The position numbers and the translations under genes were made by a program. DNA of 64,000 nucleotides from a virus: the IMG/VR virus record IMGVR_UViG_3300027758_000008, positions 1 to 64,000 of that record; one strand, given 5' to 3'. This document shows positions 47,135 through 57,245 of the stretch, piece after piece. Numbering within the stretch: the stretch's first letter is position 1; every line of letters begins with the position of its first letter. The notes beneath the pieces were generated by a model. That model made no database searches. It saw only the letters and a list, made by a program, of their open reading frames with translations, and had not been told where the DNA came from.

Positions 47135-47851
47135 TCAATTTGGTAAGTTAAATTTACTTGCAAAATAGGCAGCACGACTATTCTTGTCGCCGCCAATGTC
47201 GGCCTTTGAGGTGGCACGGCCCCCGTTACCTGGCCCATTTAAAAGCCCGCCGCCGGTTGTAACGACAGTGGTTTTCAGCAATGGTGCAAAGCTGGCATCC
47301 TGTTTGATTTCCGCTTTGAACTCGTCCAAACTCAATGATGTGGCACGGCCCTCATCATCAAGAAAAACTACCTTTCCGGTTTCCGCGTTAACGTCAATCC
47401 GGTCGGAGATAAGGCGCTTAAACGCTCTACCACCTGTATCTGTTGCTAATTCTGCCGCAAGGTCAGAAACTAACTCATTTCGTTTACCGGCTTTAATTTG
47501 GCCGGTCAATTCGTCGAGCTTTCCTGTTAACTCATTAATCCGCGATTCGCTGCGGGATTTAAGGTCATCAATCTGCTCCTGATACTGCTTTTCAATTTCG
47601 GCAGCATCGCCTTTTGTTCTCGCCTTCTCCATAGCTTCTGCTTTAGCCTTTTCGATGGCTTCAAGTTTCTGCGCTTCAAACTCACTTAACTGGGTTTGCG
47701 CTTGCTTCCACTTGCTGTCTAAATCGTTCGCGGTTTGCTTAACTTTAAGCATCCCCTTATGGCTAAAACCTTCACCGTCTTCCACATATTGCTCTTTTGC
47801 GAAATCCGGTAATTCCTCGTATTGCTCTTTGGTTAGTTCTGACATTGGCAC
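47135..47851 (-). CDS. Scaffolding protein B
   Basis: Homolog of 7616..8332. Confidence 0.75.
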   Translation of the reverse strand: MPMSELTKEQYEELPDFAKEQYVEDGEGFSHKGMLKVKQTANDLDSKWKQAQTQLSEFEAQKLEAIEKAKAEAMEKARTKGDAAEIEKQYQEQIDDLKSRSESRINELTGKLDELTGQIKAGKRNELVSDLAAELATDTGGRAFKRLISDRIDVNAETGKVVFLDDEGRATSLSLDEFKAEIKQDASFAPLLKTTVVTTGGGLLNGPGNGGRATSKADIGGDKNSRAAYFASKFNLPN

Positions 47852-47854
47852 GGC

Positions 47855-49399
47855 CTATGTTTCTTGAGGCTCCACGGGAGTCTCTTCTTCTTGGATATTT
47901 TGTACCGATTGGTTTACGTTGTCAACTGGTCGGGCCACCGGTGCATCTGCCACCTCCATTTCCAGCTCTTCGACAATTACGTCAATCTCTTCACTAGTCC
48001 AGCCGCCTTTCTCAAGTTGGCGCATGAATTCTTTCTGGCTGATTTCGCGGTCAATACGCAATTCACGCAGCACCCGAACCTCATCAACAGTTAATCGTGG
48101 TGTTGCAAAGTCGCGAGGCAGGTCAATGGATACCTCACCGCTCTTACCCTCAAACACCATGCAATATTCAATAACGCGAATAAACGCACTTTCGATGCTG
48201 GTCGATAATGATTCAAGCATGGCATTCTGGTCGCTGGCATTAATGTCTGCCTCAGTCGCCGTCATGGTGCCAACGTCTGACTTAACAGCCCCACCCATCT
48301 CTGATATTTCTTTTTTGTTGTGCTCGAAATACCACTGGAAATCTGACATTTCAGCCGACGCGCTTTTAACGTCTACTGTTACACCTTCAGGCAGGTTATT
48401 TACTGAGCCTGGACCTGTGGCTACGTATGCGCGACCGTTGTTAGCCTCTTTGAATATCTTGCCGTCACCCTCTTTCCACCCTTCAGTGTAGGTGGTAGGT
48501 GCTAAGTTGCGTTGAGTCTCTTTGTACGCAGCAGACACACGATAACGGTGCAATGTTTTTAGGCAGACAGGGTAAATATAACCCATGCCGCACGGTAGCT
48601 TGTGGTCTTTGATTTTCTCAAGTGATACGAATTCAGCAGGTATGTACTTTAGCGGAGCGCCGCCAACCATCACATAGGAGCGCTCACCTTTCTGCTGCTT
48701 CTTATTGCTGTTGTAAATGATTTTCTGCTGGTAGTAATTGCCTTCGTCATCGAGCGCCAGGATCAAGTAAGATTCAATGTCGTCATGACTCATTGTCTCT
48801 TCGTCGAATTCTGTGCCGCGCTCAAGTAATGCAAGAAACGTTAACTGCGACACGCCGTTGCGTTTACCAAATGCCCAGTTAACCACATTTTTTCGAGAGT
48901 AAACTTTAATCTTTGCGCGCGGGTTCGCTGCGTCTGATTGCTCTTTGCTAACGTCGGTCAAGTCAACATCACCTAAGCCGTTATAGTCAGCAGCCACGAC
49001 GCACCAGTTATCAACCAGTGAATCAGAAGCCGCTACTTCCATTAACTCGTAAATAGAACAGCCGTTGCCGTCAGCATCTTCTTCAAGGTAGTCAAGCGGT
49101 ATTTTTGTCGCAGTATCATCTATACGCATCTTGCCAAGTAGTGAGCGCAACGTTTTGGCTGGGTAATCATCAAACTCAGCACCAGCGATGAATTCACGAT
49201 AGCGGATAATCGCGTCATCTGTTTCGGTGTCAACCTGTGACGGGTGCGGCAGGTAAGTGTAGGTCATCGACTTAACCCTATCCTCACCTTGCAAACAATC
49301 CTCAGCAACTGACATTTGGAGCGCTGCGAATGGATAGTCTGGATGAGACTCAATACTCACCACTACCTTTGTTCTAATGCCATTGCTGATAATGTACAT
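47855..49399 (-). CDS. Portal protein B
   Basis: Homolog of 8336..9880. Confidence 0.8.
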   Translation of the reverse strand: MYIISNGIRTKVVVSIESHPDYPFAALQMSVAEDCLQGEDRVKSMTYTYLPHPSQVDTETDDAIIRYREFIAGAEFDDYPAKTLRSLLGKMRIDDTATKIPLDYLEEDADGNGCSIYELMEVAASDSLVDNWCVVAADYNGLGDVDLTDVSKEQSDAANPRAKIKVYSRKNVVNWAFGKRNGVSQLTFLALLERGTEFDEETMSHDDIESYLILALDDEGNYYQQKIIYNSNKKQQKGERSYVMVGGAPLKYIPAEFVSLEKIKDHKLPCGMGYIYPVCLKTLHRYRVSAAYKETQRNLAPTTYTEGWKEGDGKIFKEANNGRAYVATGPGSVNNLPEGVTVDVKSASAEMSDFQWYFEHNKKEISEMGGAVKSDVGTMTATEADINASDQNAMLESLSTSIESAFIRVIEYCMVFEGKSGEVSIDLPRDFATPRLTVDEVRVLRELRIDREISQKEFMRQLEKGGWTSEEIDVIVEELEMEVADAPVARPVDNVNQSVQNIQEEETPVEPQET

Positions 49400-49448
49400 A
49401 ATTAACCTTTACTCGTTTTGCTCCAATTTTAGCCACTGGTCTAACCAC

Positions 49449-50549
49449 TTACAAGCCCAATCGCTTAAATACTGTCGATTCCTCTTGCTCAAGCTCGTTT
49501 AATGTGATTGTGCGTCCTGTCATATCCGTGAATTTGGATAGCGATAATTTACCGTCAAGAAACAATTTAGCCCTTGTGGTGCCAAGCGATGATTCAACAA
49601 ACCATCTAGGCTGTCTGCGCAACCATGCCTCGTGGCTGGTATCGCTTCTAACTGTTGTCGGGTCGAATGCGTCTTTGTCGCGCTTGCCTCGATACTTGGG
49701 TTTGCCATCTGTGCGGGCTTCTTTCTTCTCAAACGCCTCTTTTGCTGCCGGTCCTGATTTACCGCCTATGGCAACCTGCTGACCTGTTAGCTCGAATCCT
49801 TCGGGCCCATAGATTAGTGTGCTACGACAAAAATAGTGGAGAGGAGGAACCGGTAACTTCGGGTCATCAGCCTTAAACCGTTTTTTAGAATTGTTGCGAC
49901 ATATCAAACTAGTCCGATTATCCCACACAGCAACGAATATCGCTTCCTGATAGTACTTAGGGTGCGCAGATACATTGGCTCGTCTCGCCTGTTGTACGTA
50001 ATGCGTGAAGGCTGTTCTGGCTAATGACTCAGCGCGGGTTTTCAGTGTGCCGTCAAACTCAGCGCGGATATTCTTTATCACCTGATTAACTGTCTCGGCG
50101 CGTGAATAGCCCTGTCGAACCATTGACATAATGCGCTGATTGCGTCCGGCGTTATTACCAGTGATGAATTCATCCCAGAAGCCAGCCTGCTTTGACTGCT
50201 CCATGACAATCATTTGCTCGCCGATAAACGATAGGATTTCATTTCTCGCCGGTGGCGTTAGCTCAGTATTGCGAAGCATGTAACGCACTTCATACAATGC
50301 CGCCTCTTGCATATCCTTGGTGTAATCGGCCCAGCCTGAGTTCAATTCGATGATGCGTTGTATGCGCTTCTCGATAGTCTCAAGCTGTTTTGGCGTGCGT
50401 GGTAAGCCGCCGTCAAGAATAAGCAGCCTGATTAACCGGTACGTTTCCTCTAACCCTGGATACACAGACGCGTTGATATACCCTGAATTTAACCTATCAA
50501 GGTATACCTCGTGCATTAATTGTGCGTCTAGGTTTATTGTGATTGTCAT
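49449..50549 (-). CDS. Head morphogenesis protein B
   Basis: Homolog of 9930..11030 (PPLHYFCRS). Confidence 0.85.
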   Translation of the reverse strand: MTITINLDAQLMHEVYLDRLNSGYINASVYPGLEETYRLIRLLILDGGLPRTPKQLETIEKRIQRIIELNSGWADYTKDMQEAALYEVRYMLRNTELTPPARNEILSFIGEQMIVMEQSKQAGFWDEFITGNNAGRNQRIMSMVRQGYSRAETVNQVIKNIRAEFDGTLKTRAESLARTAFTHYVQQARRANVSAHPKYYQEAIFVAVWDNRTSLICRNNSKKRFKADDPKLPVPPLHYFCRSTLIYGPEGFELTGQQVAIGGKSGPAAKEAFEKKEARTDGKPKYRGKRDKDAFDPTTVRSDTSHEAWLRRQPRWFVESSLGTTRAKLFLDGKLSLSKFTDMTGRTITLNELEQEESTVFKRLGL

Positions 50550-51928
50550 CCAAACCTCGGTGCGGCTGCTGGTTTATTATAGTTTATTATCATATCTTGG
50601 ACAGCATCCATCATAGGGTCTATTTGGTCATCATGCTTGCCGTTAGGGAATAGTGAATGCTCACGGATAAACTCAGGTAAGAATTGCGAATCTCTAGGAA
50701 GAAATACGCGCCCAGACTCTATTACCGGAGCAGCGTCATACGCTCTAGTAATTTTATCTCTGTTCCTTTGTATATCGCCAACTAGCATTCTTTTTTGCCT
50801 CATCTGCTGGATAAGCCCTGTTCCGCTTGCTTTGTCCTCTATCTTCATTCTTCTTAGGTTACCATTTTTATTAGATGAATGCTTCATCCAAAACATTTCT
50901 GCCATCTGCAATAATTGCGGTGCTTCCCATTTACCTCTAAGTTGGTCTATAAGATAAATGCCGCCTTCCGATTTACCCCAGCACTGAAAAACAGAATAGT
51001 CGTTTTCTTCGCCTGTCTTTTGGGCGGTATCCGCATAAATCATTCTATATTCAAACTCAGGCTCTTTGTCGTAAAACCTCCACCAATCATCCTTAAATAT
51101 GCCGCCTCCAATAGGGCTAGGCTCCTGCATCATCTGCCCTGAAAACATGTAAGTGTTGGATGCTCTAAGCCTGTGCAAATCTTCAGTGACAAATTGTCCA
51201 TCCCAAAACGTTTTGTCGCTTTCGTCAAGCGCAGGTATCTTAATATGTTCCCAATCTTCGCCGTTTCCGCCATTTAGCAAGAAGCCGCTCAAGTCGTCCT
51301 CATGCAACCTTTGCATGATAACAATGATTGGTGTGTCTGGTGAGTTCTTACGGCTCTCCATGGTGGTGCTAAACCAATCGATGACATTCTGCCTCATAGT
51401 ATCACTGTTAGCTTCACCAGCCTTGTGTGGGTCATCTATGATTATTGCTCCGCCAAAGTAATCGCGCATCTTCCCAGCGCCATACCCCGTAATTGTGCCT
51501 TCTGCGCCAGTAGCGTAGACAATGCCGCCATCTGACGTTCTGAATTCATCCTTGGCTCTTGAGTCGTTCTGCATCATCACATGCGGGAATATCTCGGCGT
51601 ATTTCTCGTGCTGCATTATTGCGCGTGTTGCATACGCGTTTGCTGTAGCAAGTCGCTTTGAGTACGACGCGTGAATAAACTCAGAATCAGGGAAGTTACC
51701 CATGCACCATGCCATAAAATTAATCACAGCTAACTCTGTTTTACCTGAGCGTGGCGGCACGTTTATTATAAGTCTCTTTATTTGCCCAGTAACGATACGC
51801 TCAAGTGCATTGCATATTATGTCTTGGTGCCAATTATGCTTTAGGTCAGCGCCTTTTCTTGCGCTGAATAGCGTGCGGGTAAACATGAGTAAATCTGTGC
51901 GGTTATCAGCTATCTCATTCGGCGTCAT
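50546..51928 (-). CDS. terL: Terminase large subunit B (different family from A)
   Basis: PPRSGKT, IIIDDP, MQRLH..D, DTAQKTGEENDYS, FPNGKHDDQID. Confidence 0.9.
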   Translation of the reverse strand: MTPNEIADNRTDLLMFTRTLFSARKGADLKHNWHQDIICNALERIVTGQIKRLIINVPPRSGKTELAVINFMAWCMGNFPDSEFIHASYSKRLATANAYATRAIMQHEKYAEIFPHVMMQNDSRAKDEFRTSDGGIVYATGAEGTITGYGAGKMRDYFGGAIIIDDPHKAGEANSDTMRQNVIDWFSTTMESRKNSPDTPIIVIMQRLHEDDLSGFLLNGGNGEDWEHIKIPALDESDKTFWDGQFVTEDLHRLRASNTYMFSGQMMQEPSPIGGGIFKDDWWRFYDKEPEFEYRMIYADTAQKTGEENDYSVFQCWGKSEGGIYLIDQLRGKWEAPQLLQMAEMFWMKHSSNKNGNLRRMKIEDKASGTGLIQQMRQKRMLVGDIQRNRDKITRAYDAAPVIESGRVFLPRDSQFLPEFIREHSLFPNGKHDDQIDPMMDAVQDMIINYNKPAAAPRFG

Positions 51929-52625
51929 ACTTTGCGCCCTTACTTAAGTTGTCTTTAGCCCATAATGGCTGTAGATTATCTAAAGCGTTTATAACTTTTG
52001 GATCTGTTTCACCCTCTGAAATAAAGACAGATACGGGCTTTATATGGTCAATATGCCATTCTCCGTGATTTTTCCAGCTCATCCCCTCAGTGAACTTTGA
52101 TTCCATGTTTGCTCTCAACTCATCTTTTGAGTATCCAAGCTCTAATTCTGTTTTGGTTTTCTTCTTTCTGCCAGTTATTAGAATTATTCTTGCAAGAAGT
52201 TTTCTGCACAATATGTAAGGCTTGTTGTCTGGGTTTGCATTGAATTTTCTAGAGTATCTTCTAGATATAGACCTCCTTTTCTCAGGATTGTCACTAGCCC
52301 ATTTAGCCGCGTACTCTATCTTTTTTTGTTTCGCATTTTGATATTCTTTTTGTCTGCAACCTGGATTGTCCCTTCTCCATTTTGCCGCCCTTTCTATTGC
52401 TGCCTGTTTGTTTTCTTGGTAGTACTTCTTTGACTTCTCTCTGTATTCAGGGTCTCTTTCCAGCGCCCTTTTGTATAAAACATCATAACCTATCTCTGCC
52501 GCCTTTTTGTTGTTATACGAGTTCCTGCAAGACTTGCAGTGCGACATTTTGCCTGATTTTTTTGATTTGCAATTATGGAAGTCATCGAGTGACTTGATGG
52601 TTTTACATTTTGTGCATTGTTTCAT
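51915..52625 (-). CDS. HNH homing-endonuclease-like protein
   Basis: N-terminal CxxC..CxxC; WHIDHIKP...NLQPLWAKDNLSK; inserted between terS and terL. Confidence 0.82.
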   Translation of the reverse strand: MKQCTKCKTIKSLDDFHNCKSKKSGKMSHCKSCRNSYNNKKAAEIGYDVLYKRALERDPEYREKSKKYYQENKQAAIERAAKWRRDNPGCRQKEYQNAKQKKIEYAAKWASDNPEKRRSISRRYSRKFNANPDNKPYILCRKLLARIILITGRKKKTKTELELGYSKDELRANMESKFTEGMSWKNHGEWHIDHIKPVSVFISEGETDPKVINALDNLQPLWAKDNLSKGAKYDAE

Positions 52626-52658
52626 GTGACACCTCTGCTAAAGGTTAGCTTGAAGGGA

Positions 52659-52741
52659 TTGCGGCAACCACTAGCAAGGTGGATTTCGTCTGGCCGGACT
52701 AGCCGCAACTTTGATTATACTTACTTGTGTTTATTTCTCAA
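52659..52741 (-). promoter_or_regulatory. HNH promoter and structured leader
   Basis: TTGAGA-16-TATAAT (52741-52714); three-way junction closed by TTGCGGC/GCCGCAA. Confidence 0.5.
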
Positions 52742-53143
52742 TGCTTCAAGCACAGCTTGGCTGTTGTCTTTTGGTGACATAGTACCATCGGATGATTTGT
52801 GGTCGATTTCCTGCTTGGCTGAATGGTGCTTGCTTGCCATGCGCTCAGCAGCCCACTTGTAAGCATCCATCATCACTTTTGCAGCTTGCGGCTCAATCAT
52901 GCCGCCTTCAATCATTTCAGCGATATCAATCATACGGTCAGCGTGAGCAAAACCAGCAGCTTCTCTCGCACTTGCGTATTGTGCCCAAAACTCAGGCTTT
53001 CCAACTATCCAGCGGCACACAGTAGACGTAGACGGCTTTGATTCTATACGGCAGTACTCGCGCAATGATTTACCGCCAGCGATATGCTCACATATCTCTT
53101 TCGCTATTTCATCTGAGTAAATTGTAGGTCTGCCACCGGCCAT
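52721..53143 (-). CDS. terS: Terminase small subunit B (Sf6 gp1-like)
   Basis: GRPT.YS.E.A..IC..I..G.SL...C....P..STV.RW...F..QY..ARE...D.YKW. Confidence 0.82.
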   Translation of the reverse strand: MAGGRPTIYSDEIAKEICEHIAGGKSLREYCRIESKPSTSTVCRWIVGKPEFWAQYASAREAAGFAHADRMIDIAEMIEGGMIEPQAAKVMMDAYKWAAERMASKHHSAKQEIDHKSSDGTMSPKDNSQAVLEALRNKHK

Positions 53144-54879
53144 ATAATCAACACCGTTAATTAGTCAGCCTTAAATATACCACATGATAGGATAAAAAAA
53201 AGCCCTGCGGATAACAGGGCAACTGGAGGGGAAGAAACAAAATGATTTACTCACTAACACCATAGCGGGTTAGTTGTGTGGTGTCAATCATTAACCACTA
53301 ACGGCTGATAACTAACACCTACCGGCAACTGCATAAAGTCCAGTTCATATTCGCTATACATCCATTGTTGAAATGCGTGCTCGGCTTCTTGGAGATTGCG
53401 TGCGTCGTATATGTCGCACGAGTACTCCTTGCCGCTGATTGTTGTAGATGCGCGGTAGTTCACGACAACAACCCCCCAACCCAGCATAAACAGCCACACA
53501 GCCCACCCGAAACACGTCGCCGCAACATTACCTTTCGTCTGCTCGATATACTCACCCTATGCAAGCTCAAGCGATGCCCAGGCTATACCGGCGAATGTGA
53601 CTACCATGTATGTGTAATAGAATTCGTTCATTTCCTCGCCCTCCAACTCTTCTTAGCTTTATGTATCGCTGTAAACGCTTCGATATTGTCGTTTACCACA
53701 CGATACGCGTATTGTGGGTGACAGCCTACCGCATTCGATAATGACAGCACCGTGCGATGTTTACCCGTTTTCGCCTCTGCGATGATTGCAGGGGCTATTG
53801 TGCCGTATCGTTTCATTCCTCTTCCTCACAGTCCAGTATCTCTGCGTCGTACCAATAACTGTCAACGTACTGTGCTTCCGCATGTGCCATTGCTTTTGCG
53901 TCATCCGCATTATCAGCCTCAACCCACAATTCATCTTCCATCATCATTTGTGTTTTTACTAAATATTTCACACCCTACCCCCATTCTCTGCGTATTTGCG
54001 CATAAGTTCCGGATGATTGAAAATCTCAAATGCTACCTTGTGCGTTTTCAATCCCGTTACCTGCGCGATTTTAATGTAGCTACGTGCGCCGTCTTGTAGT
54101 GCGGCGCTCACTTTGCGGTAGTGTTTGTTCATAGAAAGTCTGACCAATCATAACCAACCGGCATTTCTTCAGACGTAACGATATGATTATAAATCTCGTC
54201 TTTCGCCAACTTGTCGAATAGCTCTTGATTCAACTGCCCGATATCAGTGCCAGCCATTGATATTGCAATCAGCCTGCGCATTTCTTCCGACTCGCACATA
54301 GAGCCAATAACGGTTCCTCGTGACACGATGTGAGTGTTATTGCAGTATCTCCACTCCATCGATTTACCATCTGCAACGCGCTCTGCCAGCCTCTCGGCGA
54401 TATACCATAGGTTATCATTGCTGATACTGTCATAAGTCAGTAGCGTTGCTTCTGGCTCGTCTGGTAACTGTCTGTCGTATGCGGTTTGCAAGTTTGTGAA
54501 TTTTAAGCCGGTCATAATTAAAGCCACCTCTTTTCGCCGTTGGTGAAGTGAATGCAAACTTCCTTCCCTTCCTTCATCCAGCGCATAAAATTAAATTCAT
54601 CTTCCAGCAAATCTGTGCCGGAGTACATTGGCGACTCTGTAGCATCGCTATCATCGCATTCGTACCACCTTTCGCCACAGCATGGACAATAGCCACTTTT
54701 TCCGCCTTCAAAATCCCCAACAAGGAATAGCAACTTTTCATTAGCTTCATGCGACGAGTTAGCCTCAATAATAACGTGACGAGTAATGCCGTCATCCTCG
54801 TCAAAATCAAAGTGACCGCCGCTGTTGTTTTGCGTAAAAGTATAAAACGCCATTTTCATCCCCTCCATTAGTTTCACCC

Positions 54880-54918
54880 ATTATAACGGGTTAATTTTGT
54901 TTTGTGGTTTGACCAGTT
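54880..54918 (-). promoter_or_regulatory. FadR-like box + TATAAT promoter (leftward)
   Basis: Identical to 17092-17130 although the flanking genes differ. Confidence 0.75.
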
Positions 54919-56474
54919 AGTCGTCGCACCAAGCCTCGACATCTTCCCATTCGCCGTCTTGAATATCCCCTTTACTCATTATGTTGCCAACAATATCTGT
55001 ACCAAAGTCTTCTAGGTCATTTTGAAACTCGTCGAATTCCTCCTCTGTCATATCTACCACTTTTGAGTACCTGATTATTTCTGTCGCCGTAATTCTTACT
55101 TTCATCACTTCACCTCGTAGTTTTCAAGAATGTAAAATGGCGATGCATCTTCGCTAACAGCCTTATTCCAAGCCTCAGCCTTGCTGATGGATGGTTTGCG
55201 TTTCTTCCATGTTGCGCTTGAGCCAGACTTGCTTACACGCTCCCACTCAAAACCGTTGGCATCGGTTATAATGTACGGCAAACCCTCGCTGACATCTTCG
55301 TGCGGGTCTTTTTCACCCTTCCTCCGCTCTACCTCTGCTTCGAATTCTTCGCGGGTGCAGACCGTATCACTTACTTTAACTCTGGTTAGCGCAAAATTAT
55401 AACCAGTCCAAGATACGTATTTACAATCTTCTGCTCGACTTGGCCATTCGAATTTAAAAGCTTCAACCGCATCGCTCACCGTTTTGCGTGGTTGTGTGGC
55501 AGCGTTATAGCCAGTCGATTTTTCGTTAACCGATACTGGCTGAATTCTGGATTCTATGTAATTAATCCAGTCATAAATTTTTTCTGCATCACCGTGATTC
55601 AATTTAATTTCTGGAAAAGTATCTAGCATTTCGATTAACTCAGTTGGTCTTTTCATTTCCCTTCCTCCAATTTCTCTAACCGAACAGCTAAAACCTGCTC
55701 GCCGTTTACAGGCAACCGCCCTTTTGACTTAATCCATACCTGGCCGTCTTTGTCGATTAATGCGCCTGCTTTAATCCAGCGGCGTAGTTGCGTGTCAGCT
55801 ATACCAGTTTCTTTTACTGCGCGGTATACGCTGCCGTAGGTTTGTTTGATGTGTTGTGATAGTGGTGCAAGTGAGCAACCTCTAACTCTTGTCAACTCAT
55901 AGTCAACCTCCACTATCACCTCATCTTCAATTAACGGGCAAGGTCCATTTAACGCAGCCTCAGCGCAGGCAACCATTAATGCCCAATCTTTTAAACATTG
56001 ATCATTCATGCTTCATCCACCACAAATTGAATATTTGCCCACTGCAATACATATGTGTCTATTTCTTCACCATGGCTGCTGCAGCTAAATCCGCTGCCAT
56101 CATAAGTGACAACTTCATACCCGTGTTCAGACCATAGCGGACAATAAGCAAGTATTGTCGAGTACTTCGGGATAGGGTGAACCCCATCGTTTTTGTGCCA
56201 TTGTATTTTGTACATAAAATAAAACTGCAGCTTATTGGGCTGCAGCCATCCAATCCTGGGTTAGGTTTAAATTTTCAACTGAAACATCGTTAAAGGTTCT
56301 AAAACATTTTCCAGCAACGTACCAGCGTAACTGAGGGTTGCACTTACGGCCTTTTGCTTTATAGCCAGTCTTTACCACTTTAAAAGCGCGCTTACCTTTA
56401 GGCGTTAAATCTGCAGTTGTGTTGATTACGATAGCTGGCATCTTCATTTATTATCTCCTCTAGTTGATGATTCA

Positions 56475-56502
56475 ATTATACCTACTCATTTTTGTTTGTC
56501 TA
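56475..56502 (-). promoter_or_regulatory. Sigma70-type promoter
   Basis: TAGACA-16-TATAAT, followed by a GAGGAG RBS. Confidence 0.65.
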
Positions 56503-56939
56503 CACTTTTTTGTGTTTTATTCTCTGGCCGTACCACTTCACACTCACACCCCGGAAACCGCTCCTGCAAACTCTGCTCGATGTCGTCGGCATCGGATAGC
56601 ATGGCGAATTGGTATTGCTTGCCTTTGTAGGTGAGTTTTATTTGGTAGGGTTTCACTCAATACGACCCACATACAGCTTCCCGTCAACAACTTTTGTTTT
56701 GAATTTATAGCCAATATCGCTGGCTATTTTGCTTAGATTCATTCTAAATCTTGATACTGGCCTATCGCCAATATTTACAATTTTTAAATCATCAACTTTC
56801 ATATCTTCAACTTGCGACTTAACAAAGTTTCTGTAATTCATGCTTTCCATTTTTCCAAAAAAATCTGTGGCTTTCATATATAAATCTCTAGTTGTTAAAT
56901 TCATATTTATTATTTCAAATAATACCTAATCCATCAACA

Positions 56940-57235
56940 ATATTATGAAATAGTAAGAGTTAGTTTTTTAACCACTATCTCTTAACTATAATAAACTCTT
57001 TATAATACATATACTTATAACTACTATAATAAGACATAGTGACATAGTAGAGATAGTTATAGATATATTTTAGTAGTAGTAAAAGTAGTGTATAAGTGAT
57101 TTTCTATCTCTTTTAGTAGTGTTATTTTTATATGTATCTTAGGAAAATCCACTATCTCTACTATCTCTTCTAAGTCTATGATTTCATTAAACTTTAAGAC
57201 ATAGTGGCTTTCACTATCTCACTATCTCTTAAATG
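56940..57235. repeat. Putative replication origin B with ACTATCTC / GACATAGT repeats
   Basis: Multiple direct and inverted copies in AT-rich non-coding DNA directly after primase B. Confidence 0.65.
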
Positions 57236-57245
57236 AAAAAAGGCG

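Larger units (their letters stand above)
53284..56904 (-). other. Accessory cluster B of small hypothetical ORFs
   Basis: Partly homologous to A 14356-20189, with gene-sized indels. Confidence 0.6.
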
